Assembly: GCA_963719035.1 (NCBI GenBank)
Contig: CAVRAO010000002.1
Coordinates: forward strand, 228,144 to 292,143
Length of the DNA stretch: 64,000 nucleotides
Direction: 5' to 3'
Origin: Methanobacteriota archaeon
GTDB taxonomy: Archaea; Halobacteriota; Bog-38; Methanoflorentales; Methanoflorentaceae
The stretch's first letter is position 1. The number at the start of each line of letters is the position of its first letter. Positions 62,214-64,000 of the stretch are shown here, one piece after another. A program made the position numbers and the translations under genes. Below the pieces are notes generated by a model, which did no database searches, was not told where the DNA came from, and saw only the letters and a program-made list of their open reading frames with translations.

Positions 62214-63431
62214 TTAGCGATGTCTCGCCCGCGAGTATGCAAAGATAGTAGCTATTAACGCGATCGCAAGGAATGCACCTTCTACGCCGAATCCAGGCGT
62301 TGACGTTTGTGATGCTGCACTCGTGAGGTTAGATGACTGCGTGGATGCTGTAGATGCAGAAGGAGATGATGAAGCTGCATTGGTTACTCCTATGTCCGTA
62401 TACTTCTCAAAAGGCTGAACCAATGGGTACTTATCGCCAGACACGGAAGCGGCGCTACCAATCCCTGTCCCATTGGCGTCACTACCCTTGTAATCTGAGA
62501 AGTAGTTGCCCATATACCCGATATGTGTCGCACCGCCAAACGTGTAAGGGAGCTGCTGTGGCGAGTTCAACACGATCCCTTGCACATCGCTTATGGAGTT
62601 TGGCTGGCTCACGAAGTTATTTAGGTAGATCTGGTCCCCGGTCTCCGTGATAGAGAGAATCCCCAGGTTAACGTTCCCGCTGACGGTGTTAAAGGTGAGT
62701 GTGTTATTGTTCGACTCGCGGAGCCGGACGCCGATGTCTTGGTTGTTGAGTATAGAGTTGTTGGTAATCGTGTTGCCGGATGAGTGATAGAGTGAGATGC
62801 CAAAGACGTGGTTGGCACTAAGGTTGGTGTGGGTGATCGTGTTGGTGTCGGAGTAGTACATATAGATGCCATCGCCGAGCGTCTTTCCATCACCTTGCTC
62901 GCCCGTTGCAATGTTACTCGATATAGTGTTGTTTGACGCGTTATCACAGTAAACGCCATATCCGTTATCGGCAAGATTGCTTGAGCTCACCTCGCAATTC
63001 GTAGCGCCATCGAGATAGATGGCGCGATCGTTTGCGTGAGCGCTGATGCCAGTTACAACACATGCTGAACTGTGATCGACGTGAACACCCGAGGCGCCCG
63101 TCGCTCCTGTGATTGTCAATCCTTCTAGGCGAACGTTCTTCGCTTGCACGAGAAACACATCTTTGCTCGGATCTGCCGCGGCAACTACAACTGATCCTGG
63201 ACTGGCGGCCTTAATGGTGACTGACTTCGTCACGATTACATTCTCGGTGTAAGTGCCGGCACTAATGGTGATCGTGTCGCCGGGTTGGGCGGTGTTGATC
63301 GCTCCAGTGATGGATGTGTATTGACCTCCTGAGCCAACATTTAGCGCGGCGCCGTTAACTGAAACAGCGAGAGTGCATAAGAGTAAACATAAGACTAAAA
63401 TGCTTAAAAGAGGGGCTGCAATCTTATTCAC
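62214..63431 (-). CDS. Secreted right-handed beta-helix (PbH1/NosD-like) surface protein with a Ser/Thr-rich linker and a PGF-CTERM archaeosortase sorting signal
   Basis: N-terminal signal peptide and repeated PbH1-like beta-helix turns. A C-terminal S/T-rich stretch is followed by PGFGVEGAFLAIALIATIFAYSRARHR. Confidence 0.7.
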   Translation of the reverse strand: MNKIAAPLLSILVLCLLLCTLAVSVNGAALNVGSGGQYTSITGAINTAQPGDTITISAGTYTENVIVTKSVTIKAASPGSVVVAAADPSKDVFLVQAKNVRLEGLTITGATGASGVHVDHSSACVVTGISAHANDRAIYLDGATNCEVSSSNLADNGYGVYCDNASNNTISSNIATGEQGDGKTLGDGIYMYYSDTNTITHTNLSANHVFGISLYHSSGNTITNNSILNNQDIGVRLRESNNNTLTFNTVSGNVNLGILSITETGDQIYLNNFVSQPNSISDVQGIVLNSPQQLPYTFGGATHIGYMGNYFSDYKGSDANGTGIGSAASVSGDKYPLVQPFEKYTDIGVTNAASSSPSASTASTQSSNLTSAASQTSTPGFGVEGAFLAIALIATIFAYSRARHR

Positions 63432-63710
63432 AAGGAGCCATCTCGGGAGAATACTTTTTTTTCGAAACTCTTGAAATTATTACGCGTTAGATTCCTAGCT
63501 CGCCTAATTGGAAAGACCCCAATACGAGCAAACTGTTACGCACGAACTCAGTATCGCTCTGACCATATAAGTCTTACCCAGATGAGATATCTTAATACAG
63601 TTATCAGGTTAAGAAGTAATATATTCATAAACGCTATATAATTTAGCATAATTCAAAAGCGAGAAGAAGCATCGCCAAAGTGCTTTCAGTACGGGACAAG
63701 GATCGGTTAA

Positions 63711-64000
63711 ATGAAAATTGAAGATGTGCTTGAAGACGCCGACGACAAATTATACAAGGTAAAGAAGCTGCTGGACGAAAGCAACGAGATCGTTGACCGA
63801 ATCAAGTCCCTTAAAGCCGAAAGAGCGCAGCTAAAACCTCTCCCTGGCTCACTTCGCAGGCGAATGATAAAGTGTGGCAAAAAGAGCTGCAGGTGTAGGA
63901 AAGGACAACTGCACGGCCCGTACTGTTATTTTGCGCCGTCAAAATGCCGAGGAAAATGGCAATATATATCGGTAGAGGATCTAAAAAAAGTTGAACAAGG
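63711..64000 (+). CDS. Partial ORF (5' part only) with a Cys-rich motif CGKKSCRCRKGQLHGPYCYF
   Basis: ATG at 63711, open to the window end. It is not in the ORF track because there is no stop. Confidence 0.3.
   Translation, partial: MKIEDVLEDADDKLYKVKKLLDESNEIVDRIKSLKAERAQLKPLPGSLRRRMIKCGKKSCRCRKGQLHGPYCYFAPSKCRGKWQYISVEDLKKVEQ

Overview
This window is a chromosomal core region of a methanogenic (or methanotroph-related) euryarchaeon, most likely Methanomicrobia/Methanosarcinales-like, at about 47-48% GC. The taxonomic call rests on five things read directly from the ORF translations:
- a complete mtrEDCBAFGH operon (tetrahydromethanopterin S-methyltransferase);
- cofH for F420 biosynthesis;
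- a Fae-Hps fusion;
- a methanogen-type seryl-tRNA synthetase;
- a ycaO-tfuA (McrA thioglycine) operon and a PGF-CTERM surface protein.
About 70 genes are packed tightly along the window. They include the archaeal ftsZ-secE-spt5-L11-L1-L10-L12 cluster, purL, purB, gatC-gatA preceded by an AsnB-like gene, apgM, tpiA, trpB2, valS, iorAB, an initiator tRNA-Met and an unusual intron-like tRNA-Ser candidate. No transposases, integrases, CRISPR arrays or rRNA were seen. At least five genes (iorB, gatA, valS, a GT4 glycosyltransferase and a small ORF) are interrupted by single-base +1 insertions, and a DUF72 gene has lost its start codon. Where the inserted base can be placed it lies in a short G/C or A homopolymer; for the small ORF near 58640 only the region (G/C runs) is known. 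That points to systematic indel errors in the assembly rather than gene decay, though I cannot distinguish the two from sequence alone. The most interesting locus is the ycaO-tfuA operon. It is extended by a HycI-like endopeptidase and a glycine-loop protein, and a ThiS/MoaD-like GG-terminated sulfur-carrier gene converges on its 3' end.
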